A stretch of 64,000 bases of DNA from an uncultured Anaerolineaceae bacterium (GTDB lineage: Bacteria; Chloroflexota; Anaerolineae; Anaerolineales; E44-bin32): NCBI GenBank assembly GCA_964492745.1, contig CAZBLT010000004.1, forward strand, positions 28,668 through 92,667, given 5' to 3'. Positions 1 to 9,153 of the stretch are shown here, piece by piece. A program made the translations under genes and the position numbers. The notes under the pieces are model-generated. The model saw only the letters and a list, made by a program, of their open reading frames with translations. It ran no database searches and was not told where the DNA came from. Each line of letters starts with the position of its first letter. Within the stretch, counting starts at the first letter, position 1.

Positions 1-193
1 CGAGGGTGCTGAGGACGCTGGTGATGGCCACCACCCAAAGGCTGGATTGAAAGAACCCCAGAATCCACGCCAGAGGCTTGCGGCCACGTATTACGAAGAG
101 CACCCGCAGCGTATCGAGTGACATGTCGGCCACACGCAGCAGGAAGATCAAGGCCGTAATCAAGAGAGCCGGCAGTTCCAGGAAGCTAAGCAT
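1..193 (-). CDS. UPF0316 (DUF5698/DUF2179) family membrane protein, N-terminal part; the gene runs off the left edge
   Basis: Reverse translation from the ATG at 193 gives MLSFLELPALLITALIFLLRVADMSLDTLRVLFVIRGRKPLAWILGFFQSSLWVVAITSVL. This matches the typical N-terminal TM pattern of the UPF0316 family. Not in the ORF track because it is truncated. Confidence 0.5.
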   Translation of the reverse strand, partial: MLSFLELPALLITALIFLLRVADMSLDTLRVLFVIRGRKPLAWILGFFQSSLWVVAITSVLSTL

Positions 194-291
194 CTTTGCC
201 CTCGCAGGCTGGCGTAGCTAGGCCCGGGATCGAGCTTGGCGCAGCGCGAATCCAGGGCCACAGAGCGGCGCAATCTTACCACTCTTTGACA

Positions 292-1143
292 TTATCGGAT
301 CCCCTCAAAGAGGTCTCGCTCGCGCACCCGTTCATCCGCAGACGGATAGGCCCGCATGAAGGTCTCGTTCCCAGAAAGGGTGCGCAACAGAAACCCCAGC
401 AGCCCGCCCGATCCGCCGCCCTGCTGGCTCTGATGACAGGCGGAGGCCTGCTGTTTCAAGTGAGCCACATGGCGGTAGCGGATACGCGCATGGACCGGGA
501 CTTCGAAGGAGGCGATCTCGACCAGGTCGATGTCCTGATTGACGCCGAATCGGCGCGGATCGCGTCCGACGAGCGGCATCAGCCGCGCCAGCAGCCGGAG
601 CCAGCGTTTGGGAAGCGTATGGTAATAGAGTTTCTGGGGGCGGTATCCCTGATGGCTGTCTTCAAGCAGGCTGTTGAAGGCCAGGAGCGTGGCCTTATGG
701 ATGGCCACGTGATCGGGGTGGCAATAGCCGCCGTAGGGGTCGAAAGTGATGACTACCTGAGGCTGGATCTTAAGCATCCACTCTCGCACTTTCGAGGCAA
801 CCTCCTCAACGGGCGCGGCGGCGAGCGCTGCGGCATGATGATTGGATTCGCTGCCTGGCATGCCTGAATCCCGGTAGTCCAGGAAGTGGACTGCCCGCAA
901 GCCGAGCAGGCGTGCGGCGCAACGCAACTCATCCTCCCGGAGCTTGGCCACCTGCTCTTCGGAGAGTTGCCCGCCTTCGGGGACTTCCCCAACCTCGCCT
1001 CGGGTCGCGCAGATGAGGTCGACCGCGACCCCTTCCTGAGCATAGCGGGCCAGCGTCCCGCCTGGCCCGAAGCTCTCATCATCCGGGTGGGCGAGCACCG
1101 CCAGCAACACACGCCTTCCCGAGTTGTCAGGGGGAGCGTTCAT
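292..1143 (-). CDS. PIG-L/LmbE family deacetylase (MshB/BshB-like)
   Basis: 283-aa ORF with the AHPDDESFGPGGT motif characteristic of LmbE/PIG-L zinc deacetylases. It shares a 4-nt ATGA overlap with the upstream gene. Confidence 0.85.
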   Translation of the reverse strand: MNAPPDNSGRRVLLAVLAHPDDESFGPGGTLARYAQEGVAVDLICATRGEVGEVPEGGQLSEEQVAKLREDELRCAARLLGLRAVHFLDYRDSGMPGSESNHHAAALAAAPVEEVASKVREWMLKIQPQVVITFDPYGGYCHPDHVAIHKATLLAFNSLLEDSHQGYRPQKLYYHTLPKRWLRLLARLMPLVGRDPRRFGVNQDIDLVEIASFEVPVHARIRYRHVAHLKQQASACHQSQQGGGSGGLLGFLLRTLSGNETFMRAYPSADERVRERDLFEGIR

Positions 1144-1577
1144 CGGAGCTCTTCCCGATCCGCTTCCCCGACGATTTGAACGATTAGACGCCGCCGCCGG
1201 GCACGCACATCAAAGTCTAAGAATACGATCTGCTGCCATGTACCCAGCGTCAGCTGACCTTCCACAATGGGGATGGAGAACGAGGGCTTCACCAGGGCTG
1301 AGCGCAGGTGGGCGTGGCCATTGCCGTCTCCCCAGCGGAGGTTATGGCGGTAGTCGGCATCGGGCGGCGCCAGTTCGTCCAGCGCCCTGCGGAGGTCATC
1401 CAAAGCACCGCCCTCGTATTCCATAGTCGTGATGGCGCTCGTTGAGGAGGGCGCAAAGACCGTCGCCAGGCCCTGGCGGATGCCGGATCCGGCCACGGCC
1501 TCCTGCACGCCCTGAGTGATGTCGTGGATATCGGTATGACCCCGCGTGGAAAACTCCAGGAAATGTGTATACACCAT
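1140..1577 (-). CDS. YjbQ/UPF0047 family protein (secondary thiamine-phosphate synthase-like)
   Basis: 145 aa. The N-terminus (MVYTHFLEFSTRGHTDIHDIT) and the GDGNGHAHLRS...LTLGTWQ motifs are typical of UPF0047. Confidence 0.8.
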   Translation of the reverse strand: MVYTHFLEFSTRGHTDIHDITQGVQEAVAGSGIRQGLATVFAPSSTSAITTMEYEGGALDDLRRALDELAPPDADYRHNLRWGDGNGHAHLRSALVKPSFSIPIVEGQLTLGTWQQIVFLDFDVRARRRRLIVQIVGEADREELR

Positions 1578-1606
1578 CCTTTGCTCTCCTCACCCAGCGG
1601 GTTGGT

Positions 1607-2776
1607 CTAGTTATCGCTGGAAGACTCGGTCTGATTGAAGAGTGGTAGCTGGCTGATATCGAGCTGGGAGCGGATCTGACCGCGCCCTGCCGATTTGGCC
1701 TGGTATTGAATATCATCGGCGCGGGCCAGCAAATCGTCGAAGCTTTCGTCCTCGGGGCGCATCTGTGCGACCCCGGCGGAGAAGGTCAGGATGGGCACTG
1801 CGGTGCCGAGGTTGGCGCTGAAGGCGGTCAGGGCCCGCCGCAGTTTGTTAGCAACGCCCATCGCGCCCTTTATGGTTGTCTCGGGAAGCAGGACTGCGAA
1901 TTCATCGCCGCCGATGCGCGCCAGCAGGTCTGTTGAGCGCAGAACCGAGCGCATGGAGACCGCCGCGTTGCGCAGGATCTCATCCCCGAACAGATGCCCG
2001 AAATGGTCGTTGATGGCTTTGAAGCCATCCAGGTCGAGGTAGAGCAGGGAGAGCGGACGCTGGTAGCGGCGGGCGCGGATGAATTCGCGCTCCAGTTGCT
2101 CGATCATGTGCCGGCGGTTCGCCAGACCTGTAAGCGGGTCTGTATGGGCCATCTCGGCCAGCTTCTCGGTCTGGCGTCGCAATCGTTCGATGCTCAACTC
2201 ATTATGGCGCGAAAACCCATAGAGCAGGACCGCCATGATTTGGTGTAATGCGATCTGGCCGAGCACGAAAAGCAGGGGGGCTGGGATGGCAGAACCAGGG
2301 AGCAATGCTTCCCCCGCGGGGCTGGCAAGGTACCAGGCAGCGAGTAGCGACAGGGAGGCCAGCGCGGAGACAATGAAAGTGGCCGGCCCACCGACGGCGC
2401 TACCTACGATCAGAATCGGCAGGAAGAGCAGGGGCGTGACGGGCAGAAGCCAGGCCGGGAAGAACAGGAAGGTGAACCAGGTGAGGATCAGCAGCGAGCC
2501 TGCCAGGATGTACGCGGCGCGGGGCACATTTCCCCAGCGCCGGGTGCGCTCGGCCAAGGCGAGTGCGGCGCCGAGGAAGGCGATGAGGAGAATGTCGAGA
2601 TAGTTGCTGCTGCCGGGTTGGCGGACCCCCTGCATCCAAGAGATGCCGTCAATCGCAATCCACAGCACCAGCAGAAAGGCCACGCCGAGAATGGCCCGGC
2701 CGGCGACTTTGGATCGGTAGGAACGCAATTCAGGGTCGACGCGGAAGAGAGAGCCGCCGCGCAATCGGGAAAACAC
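1607..2776 (-). CDS. Membrane-anchored diguanylate cyclase (GGDEF domain)
   Basis: 389 aa with about six N-terminal hydrophobic helices. The C-terminal domain carries DPLTGLANRR, the RIGGDEFAV active-site motif and an RxxD-like I-site region. Confidence 0.85.
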   Translation of the reverse strand: MFSRLRGGSLFRVDPELRSYRSKVAGRAILGVAFLLVLWIAIDGISWMQGVRQPGSSNYLDILLIAFLGAALALAERTRRWGNVPRAAYILAGSLLILTWFTFLFFPAWLLPVTPLLFLPILIVGSAVGGPATFIVSALASLSLLAAWYLASPAGEALLPGSAIPAPLLFVLGQIALHQIMAVLLYGFSRHNELSIERLRRQTEKLAEMAHTDPLTGLANRRHMIEQLEREFIRARRYQRPLSLLYLDLDGFKAINDHFGHLFGDEILRNAAVSMRSVLRSTDLLARIGGDEFAVLLPETTIKGAMGVANKLRRALTAFSANLGTAVPILTFSAGVAQMRPEDESFDDLLARADDIQYQAKSAGRGQIRSQLDISQLPLFNQTESSSDN

Positions 2777-2812
2777 GCCTGCCCTTTCTGTCTTCGGGTG
2801 TCAGGATCCACC

Positions 2813-3595
2813 CTAGTCGAGGTCTAGCGGGATCCCCAAGATATTGTAACCCGAGTCCACAAAGAGGATTTCGCCTGTCACCTTGCTGGCCATCGGCGAG
2901 CAGAGCCAGACGGCAGCGTTGCCAACATCCTCGATGGTGATATTCTCCCCCAAGGGTGTCCGGGCGGCGAATTGGCGGTACATGCGCTTAAAGCCGCTCA
3001 CGCCGGCGGCCGAGAGCGTCCGAACGGGTCCGGCGGATATGGCGTTCACCCGTAGGCCCTGCCTGCCTAGGTCGGCGGCCAGGTAGCGGGTCGTCGATTC
3101 GAGCGCGGCCTTGGCGATGCCCATGACGTTGTAGTTGGGGACCACTTTCTGGCCGCCGTAATACGTCAGCGTCAACAGGGCACCGCCCGCTTTCATGTGT
3201 GGCAGTGCGGCGCGGGCCAGGGCGATGAATGAGTAGACACTGACGTTCATGGCGATTTGAAAGCCGGCGCGGCTGGTTTGGTGGAAATCGCCCTGAAGAT
3301 CCGAGCGCTCGGCGTATGCGATGGCATGGACCAAAATGTCGAGCGGTGCGAAGCGCTCGCCCACCTTGTTGAAGAGCGCCTCGATCTGCTCATCCTGGGT
3401 CACGTCACAGGGTTCGACGAAGGTCGAGCCCACCGATTCGGCCAGCGGCCGCACGCGGCGCTCTAGGGCCTCCCCGGCGTATGAAAAAGCGAGTTGCGCG
3501 CCCTGGTCATGCATGGCCTTGGCGATGCCCCATGCAATCGAATGGTCATTGGCAACGCCAAAGATCAAGGCGCGTTTGTCCTCGAGAAGTCCCAT
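2813..3595 (-). CDS. fabI: Enoyl-[acyl-carrier-protein] reductase (NADH) FabI
   Basis: The sequence [27 protein letters not shown]...[22 protein letters not shown] (Y-x6-K) is FabI-like. The start is trimmed to the ATG at 3595, which has AAAGGAGGG 6 nt upstream; the track ORF extends to 3661. Confidence 0.9.
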   Translation of the reverse strand: MGLLEDKRALIFGVANDHSIAWGIAKAMHDQGAQLAFSYAGEALERRVRPLAESVGSTFVEPCDVTQDEQIEALFNKVGERFAPLDILVHAIAYAERSDLQGDFHQTSRAGFQIAMNVSVYSFIALARAALPHMKAGGALLTLTYYGGQKVVPNYNVMGIAKAALESTTRYLAADLGRQGLRVNAISAGPVRTLSAAGVSGFKRMYRQFAARTPLGENITIEDVGNAAVWLCSPMASKVTGEILFVDSGYNILGIPLDLD

Positions 3596-3615
3596 GCGGT
3601 TCCCTCCTTTGGCCA

Positions 3616-4209
3616 TCAACGGCTGATTTGAGCCCTGAAGCGCCACGGCATGCTCTTCCATGGCTCATCCACCTGGTTTAAACCCACGCGCGGCCCGATT
3701 GTCACGGCTGAATCCGAGATGGCCAGACCTTGCTCCAGGAAGAGCGCGGCTTCTGGGGAGCAGAGATCGGAGCCATTGAAGCTGCGGTCGATCCCGAGTG
3801 CCTGACAGAGTTTGGCAGGGCCATCGGTCAGGGATAGGAGCGGCCGCTCTCCGCGCCTTGCCTGCATGGTCTCGAGACCTTCCTCCGGCAGCAGGGCGCG
3901 GATGAGGACCGCGGCGGGGAACCCTTCTGCTTCGGTCACGACATTGAACATCCAATGCATCCCATAGATGAAGTAGACGTAGGCAAAGCCGGGCTGACCC
4001 CACATGGGGGCGTTGCGTGGTGTGAGCCCCACGGAGGCATGCGACCCCTTATCATAAATGCCGATGTAGGCTTCGGTTTCGGTGATCAAGCCCGCTGTGC
4101 GAAGCCCGCCGGGCTCCAGGCGCACGATACGCTGCCCGAGCAGCTGGCGGGCCACGGCAAGGGTGGGCTGGGCGTAGAACTCGCGAGGCAGACGCGGGAC
4201 TTGGCTCAT
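3616..4209 (-). CDS. DNA-3-methyladenine glycosylase (MPG/AAG family)
   Basis: 197 aa. [16 protein letters not shown]...[15 protein letters not shown]...[15 protein letters not shown] is the classic MPG-family signature. Confidence 0.85.
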   Translation of the reverse strand: MSQVPRLPREFYAQPTLAVARQLLGQRIVRLEPGGLRTAGLITETEAYIGIYDKGSHASVGLTPRNAPMWGQPGFAYVYFIYGMHWMFNVVTEAEGFPAAVLIRALLPEEGLETMQARRGERPLLSLTDGPAKLCQALGIDRSFNGSDLCSPEAALFLEQGLAISDSAVTIGPRVGLNQVDEPWKSMPWRFRAQISR

Positions 4210-4286
4210 CTCGGCCGAAGGGCTGTTGTCGGGTTGAGGTAATTGCAGGCGGGTGTGAGTGAGGGTTGCATCTGGCGGGAAGCGAG

Positions 4287-5222
4287 CTAACCGTTGGCGG
4301 GTTGGAAGCGCGCATCTTGCTGGATCATGCGCTTCAGTCCATCCTGAAGGCGGAAGCGCGGCGAGTAGCCGAGTTTCTCCTTCGCCCGCTGGATATCAGC
4401 GCACATCCGTGAGGGGCCCGGATCCTGATCTTCCTTGAAGATCCACTCCGCCTGTATGCCTAGCGCTTCCATTGCGTATTGACCCAGGTCGCGAATGCTG
4501 GTCTCTTCGCCGCTTCCGATGTTGATAACCAGGCGGTCGACGGTAGGTGCAGTGGCAGCCGCGACCATGGCTTCAACCACGTCATCGAAATAGACGAAAT
4601 CGCGGGTCTGCTCGCCGCGGCCGTGGATAACAATCGTCCCGCCCCGGGCGATCTGGCGCAGGAAATGGGGGATCACGGGGGGATGGGCTACCGAAAGCGG
4701 CTGCCCAGGCCCATAGGCGTTAAAGACCCGTAGCGAGACGGTCTCGATGCCCCAAAGGGTGCCGATAGTGCGGACGTAATGCTCGGCTGCCAGCTTGGAG
4801 ACGGCATACGGCGAGCCGGGATTGGGAGGCGTGTCCTCCCTGAGTGGCTGCGCTGCCTGGTCGCCATAGATAGCGCCCGAGGAGATGAAGACGACCCGCC
4901 GCACGCCCACGTCGCGCATGGCCTCCATAACGCTCACCGTTCCGCCGACGTTGATGATGTTGTACTCCCGGGGGTATAGCACCGATTCTGGGACAGAGAC
5001 TTTCGCCGCCAAGTGGTACACGCAGTCGATATCCTGCAGCAAGGTCCAGAGTTTGGGTCGATCGGTGACATCACCGCGAGTGAAGAGCACATCCGGACTG
5101 AGGCGCTCTGGATCGCCGGCTGAGAGGTCATCCAGCGCACGTACCTGATGCCCCTCGCGGGCGAGACGATTAGCGAGGGCGGATCCCAGGAAGCCGGCTG
5201 CACCGGTGACGAGGAAGTTCAT
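4287..5222 (-). CDS. NAD-dependent epimerase/dehydratase (UDP-glucose 4-epimerase-like SDR)
   Basis: MNFLVTGAAGFLGSALANRL (GxxGxxG) plus YAVSKLAAE (YxxxK). The start is trimmed to the ATG at 5222; the 87 upstream codons of the track ORF look non-coding. Confidence 0.85.
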   Translation of the reverse strand: MNFLVTGAAGFLGSALANRLAREGHQVRALDDLSAGDPERLSPDVLFTRGDVTDRPKLWTLLQDIDCVYHLAAKVSVPESVLYPREYNIINVGGTVSVMEAMRDVGVRRVVFISSGAIYGDQAAQPLREDTPPNPGSPYAVSKLAAEHYVRTIGTLWGIETVSLRVFNAYGPGQPLSVAHPPVIPHFLRQIARGGTIVIHGRGEQTRDFVYFDDVVEAMVAAATAPTVDRLVINIGSGEETSIRDLGQYAMEALGIQAEWIFKEDQDPGPSRMCADIQRAKEKLGYSPRFRLQDGLKRMIQQDARFQPANG

Positions 5223-5288
5223 GGTTTCAGGTGAGGTCTCGGCCAAATCTACGCGGCCGGATGAGGTCGCGATTATAACATAGTGGCA

Positions 5289-5316
5289 TTGACACGAATT
5301 GGCCGCTTGGTATGAT
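5289..5316 (+). promoter_or_regulatory. Candidate sigma70-type promoter (TTGACA-N16-TATGAT) for the 5323 gene
   Basis: TTGACA lies at 5289-5294 and TATGAT at 5311-5316. The ATG at 5323 sits 7 nt after the -10 box, so the mRNA may be leaderless. Confidence 0.4.
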
Positions 5317-5322
5317 GCCCCC

Positions 5323-6600
5323 ATGTTCCGATCGACGCCGCCGCTTAGGCTCCTTGCCCGTATCGGGAGCGTGATCTTCGCGCTGGCGCTGACGCTCGCC
5401 TTGGGCGGCAGCACGCTGGCGGTCCAAACGCTTGTTGACCGCATCGAGCGGTTGACTTTTCCGGTCGAATTCGATTTTCTCACCTGGACGGTCGCGGCCC
5501 TGGCTGAAAAGACAGGCGCGGCCGGACTAAGGGCGACGGATTACCTCGCGGATGCCGACCGACGGCGAGCGGTCCTGGAGTACCTGGACATGCTCGCGAG
5601 CGTGCATCAGTTGCGCGCCGACCTGGAATCCACTCTGGCAGATCCCACACGTGAGAACCACGAAGAGGACGCGGCCGATATCCGCATCCGGCTTGGGCGG
5701 GAGGCGCGGCGACTGGACCGGCTGCGGCCGCTGGCGGAGAGCGTGCTCCAGGAGCAGGTGGCGCTGGCCTTGGGAGACTCGGGTCTCGGACTGGCAGGCG
5801 TGCCTTTCCCTCCTGTGGTCTTTGCCTTCGCGCCGCTGCCTTCCTCGCTCATCGTCTCGCCCAGAGAAATCATCCGCCAGGAGGCGAGCATTTCCCTGAA
5901 GGTCGATCTGACCCTGGAGCAGAAGATCCAGCTCGAGCGCAGGGTTGAGCAGGCGCTCAATGTCTCCGCGCTTGTGGTTCCCGTTGGAGGGCTTGGTACC
6001 TATCCCACGATGGTGCAGGAGAGCGCGGATTTGCGCTGGATTGCCGAAGTAGTCGCCCATGAATGGACTCATAATTACTTGGCGCTGCGCCCGCTTGGCT
6101 GGCGGTACGGGGCCAGCCCCGAGATGCGGACCATCAATGAGACGGTGGCCTCGTTGATCGGGGAGGCCATTGCCCGCCGAGTGTTGGAGACCTACTATCC
6201 AGAACGGCTGCCGCCGCCTCCTGCGCCGGTCTCGCCGGCAGGACCCCCGACGCAAGAGGAGCCAGCCACCTTCGACTTCCGGGCTGAGATGCGGGAGACG
6301 CGGCTTCGCGTGGACGCGCTGCTGGCGGAGGGGAAGATCGAGGAGGCGGAACGCTACATGGAAGCCAGGCGGCTGGTCTTCTGGGAGCATGGCTATCACA
6401 TCCGCAGGCTCAATCAGGCCTACTTCGCCTTTCATGGCGCCTATGCGGATGAGCCCGGAGGTCCGGCAGGGGATGATCCTGTAGGGGAGGCTGTACGTCA
6501 GCTTTGGGCTCGCATCGCCTCCCCGGCCGAATTCCTGCGCCTGGTATCAAGGGTCCGCAGCTTCGAGGAATTGCAGGGTCTGCTGATTAACCTTCCGTGA
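5323..6600 (+). CDS. Membrane-anchored hypothetical protein with an HExxH zinc-metallopeptidase-like motif
   Basis: N-terminal TM helix (IGSVIFALALTLALGG) and the motif VAHEWTHNYL. The start is ambiguous: TTG at 5299 or ATG at 5323. No RBS precedes 5323. Confidence 0.6.
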   Translation: MFRSTPPLRLLARIGSVIFALALTLALGGSTLAVQTLVDRIERLTFPVEFDFLTWTVAALAEKTGAAGLRATDYLADADRRRAVLEYLDMLASVHQLRADLESTLADPTRENHEEDAADIRIRLGREARRLDRLRPLAESVLQEQVALALGDSGLGLAGVPFPPVVFAFAPLPSSLIVSPREIIRQEASISLKVDLTLEQKIQLERRVEQALNVSALVVPVGGLGTYPTMVQESADLRWIAEVVAHEWTHNYLALRPLGWRYGASPEMRTINETVASLIGEAIARRVLETYYPERLPPPPAPVSPAGPPTQEEPATFDFRAEMRETRLRVDALLAEGKIEEAERYMEARRLVFWEHGYHIRRLNQAYFAFHGAYADEPGGPAGDDPVGEAVRQLWARIASPAEFLRLVSRVRSFEELQGLLINLP

Positions 6601-7717
6601 GCAGCGCTGCCAGCAAGGCCGCCCGCTCGGCGAGTGACCTTGCCAGCACGCGTTCTCCCGGGGAATGCGGCCCCTCTCCCACCCCACCCAAGCCATCCAG
6701 GACCGGCACGCCCAAGGGCGCAACGAAATTGGCGTCCGAGGCACCCCCTGTGCCGCCTTCTCCCAGGGGGAGGCCGAGCGAGGCTGCCAAGGCCTTGGCC
6801 TTCTCATAGCTTGCGGCAATTTGGGGGGTGCGTTCCATGGGCGGTCGGTTCCAGGCTGCCTCAACCCTGAGCTCGGCCCCTGGCAGGATGGGTTTAAGCG
6901 CCTTCAAGCTGCGGATCAGGCGGTCTCCTTCGGCGATGGTCTTAGCGCGGCCATCCACGAGCAGGGTGCAATGCTCCGGAACAACATTGGTGCGCGTCCC
7001 ACCCCGGATAACCCCCAGGTTGAGAGTGGTGCCTAGCCCCAGGGCTGCCTGCTCGAGGACCAGCGGGATTTGGTGAGCCATCTCGGCGATGGCGTTTACG
7101 CCGCGATCCGGGTCGGCGCCGGCGTGGGCCGAGACGCCCCTGGCTTCCAAGCGGAAATCGAGGGTGCCTTTCCGCCAGGTCTTCAGCGAGCCGTCGGGCA
7201 AGGCGGGTTCGAGACACAATACCAGGCTCCGGCCAGCGGCGAGACTTTCGATCAGAGCCCGGGAGGTGTGACTGCCGGTCTCCTCATCCGAGGTGCAAAG
7301 CAGGGATATCCGTGTCGTGGGCATCCTTCCCGAGGCGCGCAGGTGGCGGATCGCGGTGAGGGCGATGGCGATACCCGCCTTCATGTCGAGCACGCCTGGC
7401 CCATACAGGAACCCCGCCTCCTCGCGCCACGGCATGGTCTCCAGAGTTCCCAGAGGGTAGACGGTATCCATGTGGGCCAGGAGCAAGAGGCCACCGGTTC
7501 CCTCTCCCCAATCACCAAGCCAATGGTCCCCCGCTTCGGTCTGGGGATATCGCCGGACCTCCGCTCCCAGAGATCTCATTTCTCCGGCGATCAACGCGCC
7601 GAGTGTGTCCACGGCCGACTTCTCTGTGGTGGGTGACTCCTGCTCTACGAGCTTGCGCAGGAGGCGGATGATCTCCGGGAGATCATTCTCAAATCGGGCG
7701 ACGGGCAAAGGTGGCAT
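6587..7717 (-). CDS. M20 family metallopeptidase (carboxypeptidase G2 / glutamate carboxypeptidase-like)
   Basis: LLLLAHMDTVYP, GPGVLDMKAG, SDEETGS and the dimerisation-domain pattern all fit M20. The start is chosen at the ATG at 7717, with GGAGAG 6 nt upstream; the track ORF starts at 7753. Confidence 0.8.
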   Translation of the reverse strand: MPPLPVARFENDLPEIIRLLRKLVEQESPTTEKSAVDTLGALIAGEMRSLGAEVRRYPQTEAGDHWLGDWGEGTGGLLLLAHMDTVYPLGTLETMPWREEAGFLYGPGVLDMKAGIAIALTAIRHLRASGRMPTTRISLLCTSDEETGSHTSRALIESLAAGRSLVLCLEPALPDGSLKTWRKGTLDFRLEARGVSAHAGADPDRGVNAIAEMAHQIPLVLEQAALGLGTTLNLGVIRGGTRTNVVPEHCTLLVDGRAKTIAEGDRLIRSLKALKPILPGAELRVEAAWNRPPMERTPQIAASYEKAKALAASLGLPLGEGGTGGASDANFVAPLGVPVLDGLGGVGEGPHSPGERVLARSLAERAALLAALLTEG

Positions 7718-7765
7718 GGTTACTCTCCATCGTGCCGCGAGCTTGGGATGCAAGGCCGCTTAAGG

Positions 7766-9088
7766 TTACTCGAGATCCAAGGGGAGGCATAGGTCCTGGG
7801 AGGTGTAGATCCGGTTGGCATACCCGTAATCTAGCGGCTCGAGGATTTCAGCCGCATGGGCAGCGGCGAAAATCTCCGAGGCCTGGCAGGCTGCAGCCCG
7901 CCCGCCACCCTCTTGAAAGGCCTCCCATACCCGCATGGCAAGAGCGGCGTAAGCACTTCCAGGCGAGCCTGCGGGATGGGCGTTTTGCAGAAACTTCAGC
8001 GTTTCGCCGGCTGTGGCGGGATCGGACCGCCATAGATGCACCAGCATCTGGCGGTAGAGGGAATAGGCCGCCAGCCGCTGGTGGCCTTCTGGACCGTAGA
8101 TCCAATCGTCCAGGTCCTGCTCGATGACGGCCTGATATAGGGAAATGGCCTGCTCGTAATGCCCCTTCTCGGCTGCTTGATCGGCGTCATGCACCCAGTG
8201 AATTCGATAGACGGGGGGCTCGAGAAATTCCTCGACCGGGAGGAACCGGCCCTGACTAGGTTCCCAGGCCCAGATGCGTGTCCTTGGACGGTAGGGGCCG
8301 GCACCGACCGAGGCGATGCCGGTGCCGGTGATGGCGATGCGCCTGGGCCCAGGACGATCGGCATCCAGGATTTGAACCTCCGGCGAGGGCAGGTCATCCG
8401 TCCGGCCTTGGAGCAGCTGGACAAATTCCGAATGGGCCCAGGAGAGAAGCTGAAGGCGGGCGAAGCAGGTATGGGCGCCGCAGGATCGGTTGACCACGAG
8501 CAGATCGGGAAGGCCGTCGCCTGTGAGATCCTGGATGGTGAGAATGGAAGGTGTCTCCCCCTCCTTTTCGGGGCGGGCGGCGTAGGCCAGCCGGTATTCA
8601 TCCGAATCGCATCGGAAGATGAGCACGGTGGCCGAAGTCAGTTCCGTCTGATCATCCCAGGCAATCCATGAGATGATGATATCGAGCAAGCCATCGCCGG
8701 TGAGGTCGGCTAAGTCTAGGCTAGGCGCAGCTCCGTTCGCGGAGGCGGCAGAGAGGTGGGTCTCCAGGAGTTCGAGATCGCCGCCGGCGTTGAGGTACTC
8801 GAGGATTTCGGCGGCCCAGCTCCCTGGATTGGCCAGAGTGGGGAAAGGCGGTTCCCCAGGTGGCACAGGGCAAGCCTGAAGTGGCGGCGTCGGCGGGGGC
8901 GATGGTACGGCTGTGGCCGTGGCGGAGGGGATGGCCTTAGGGGTTTGCATGGGCGGCGTCACGGTCGCCATTTGCAGGGGGGTGGCGGCGCTCGGCGGCG
9001 TGCAAGCCATGAGCATGCTGAGAAGGCCGGCAAACACAAGTCCTCCCTGAACCTTGCGCCATCCGCAAGCTTTCCTTTTCGGTCTCAT
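7766..9088 (-). CDS. Secreted lipoprotein with FG-GAP/VCBS-like DLTGDG repeats and a helical C-terminal region
   Basis: The trimmed start MRPKRKACGWRKVQGGLVFAGLLSMLMAC gives a signal peptide with a lipobox Cys. Two DLTGDGL(L/P)D calcium-binding-like repeats are present. The first 100 codons of the track ORF are rejected. Confidence 0.6.
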   Translation of the reverse strand: MRPKRKACGWRKVQGGLVFAGLLSMLMACTPPSAATPLQMATVTPPMQTPKAIPSATATAVPSPPPTPPLQACPVPPGEPPFPTLANPGSWAAEILEYLNAGGDLELLETHLSAASANGAAPSLDLADLTGDGLLDIIISWIAWDDQTELTSATVLIFRCDSDEYRLAYAARPEKEGETPSILTIQDLTGDGLPDLLVVNRSCGAHTCFARLQLLSWAHSEFVQLLQGRTDDLPSPEVQILDADRPGPRRIAITGTGIASVGAGPYRPRTRIWAWEPSQGRFLPVEEFLEPPVYRIHWVHDADQAAEKGHYEQAISLYQAVIEQDLDDWIYGPEGHQRLAAYSLYRQMLVHLWRSDPATAGETLKFLQNAHPAGSPGSAYAALAMRVWEAFQEGGGRAAACQASEIFAAAHAAEILEPLDYGYANRIYTSQDLCLPLDLE

Positions 9089-9153
9089 GGTGGAGAGTCT
9101 AAGCCAGGGGTGTGGCCAGGGCAATCCCCAGGGCCGAACCTGCAAACGAAGGG

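Noticed and set aside
4287-5483. Long N-terminal extensions in track ORFs
   Set aside because: This applies to 4287..5483, 7766..9388, 15248..15916, 22037..22849, 33181..34503, 34966..37875 and 58160..60283. In each case an internal ATG preceded by a GGAGG-like RBS coincides with the family-typical N-terminus, such as a Rossmann GxxGxxG motif, a signal peptide or a HIGH region. The upstream extension is Arg/Pro/Ser-rich, so I trimmed the starts.
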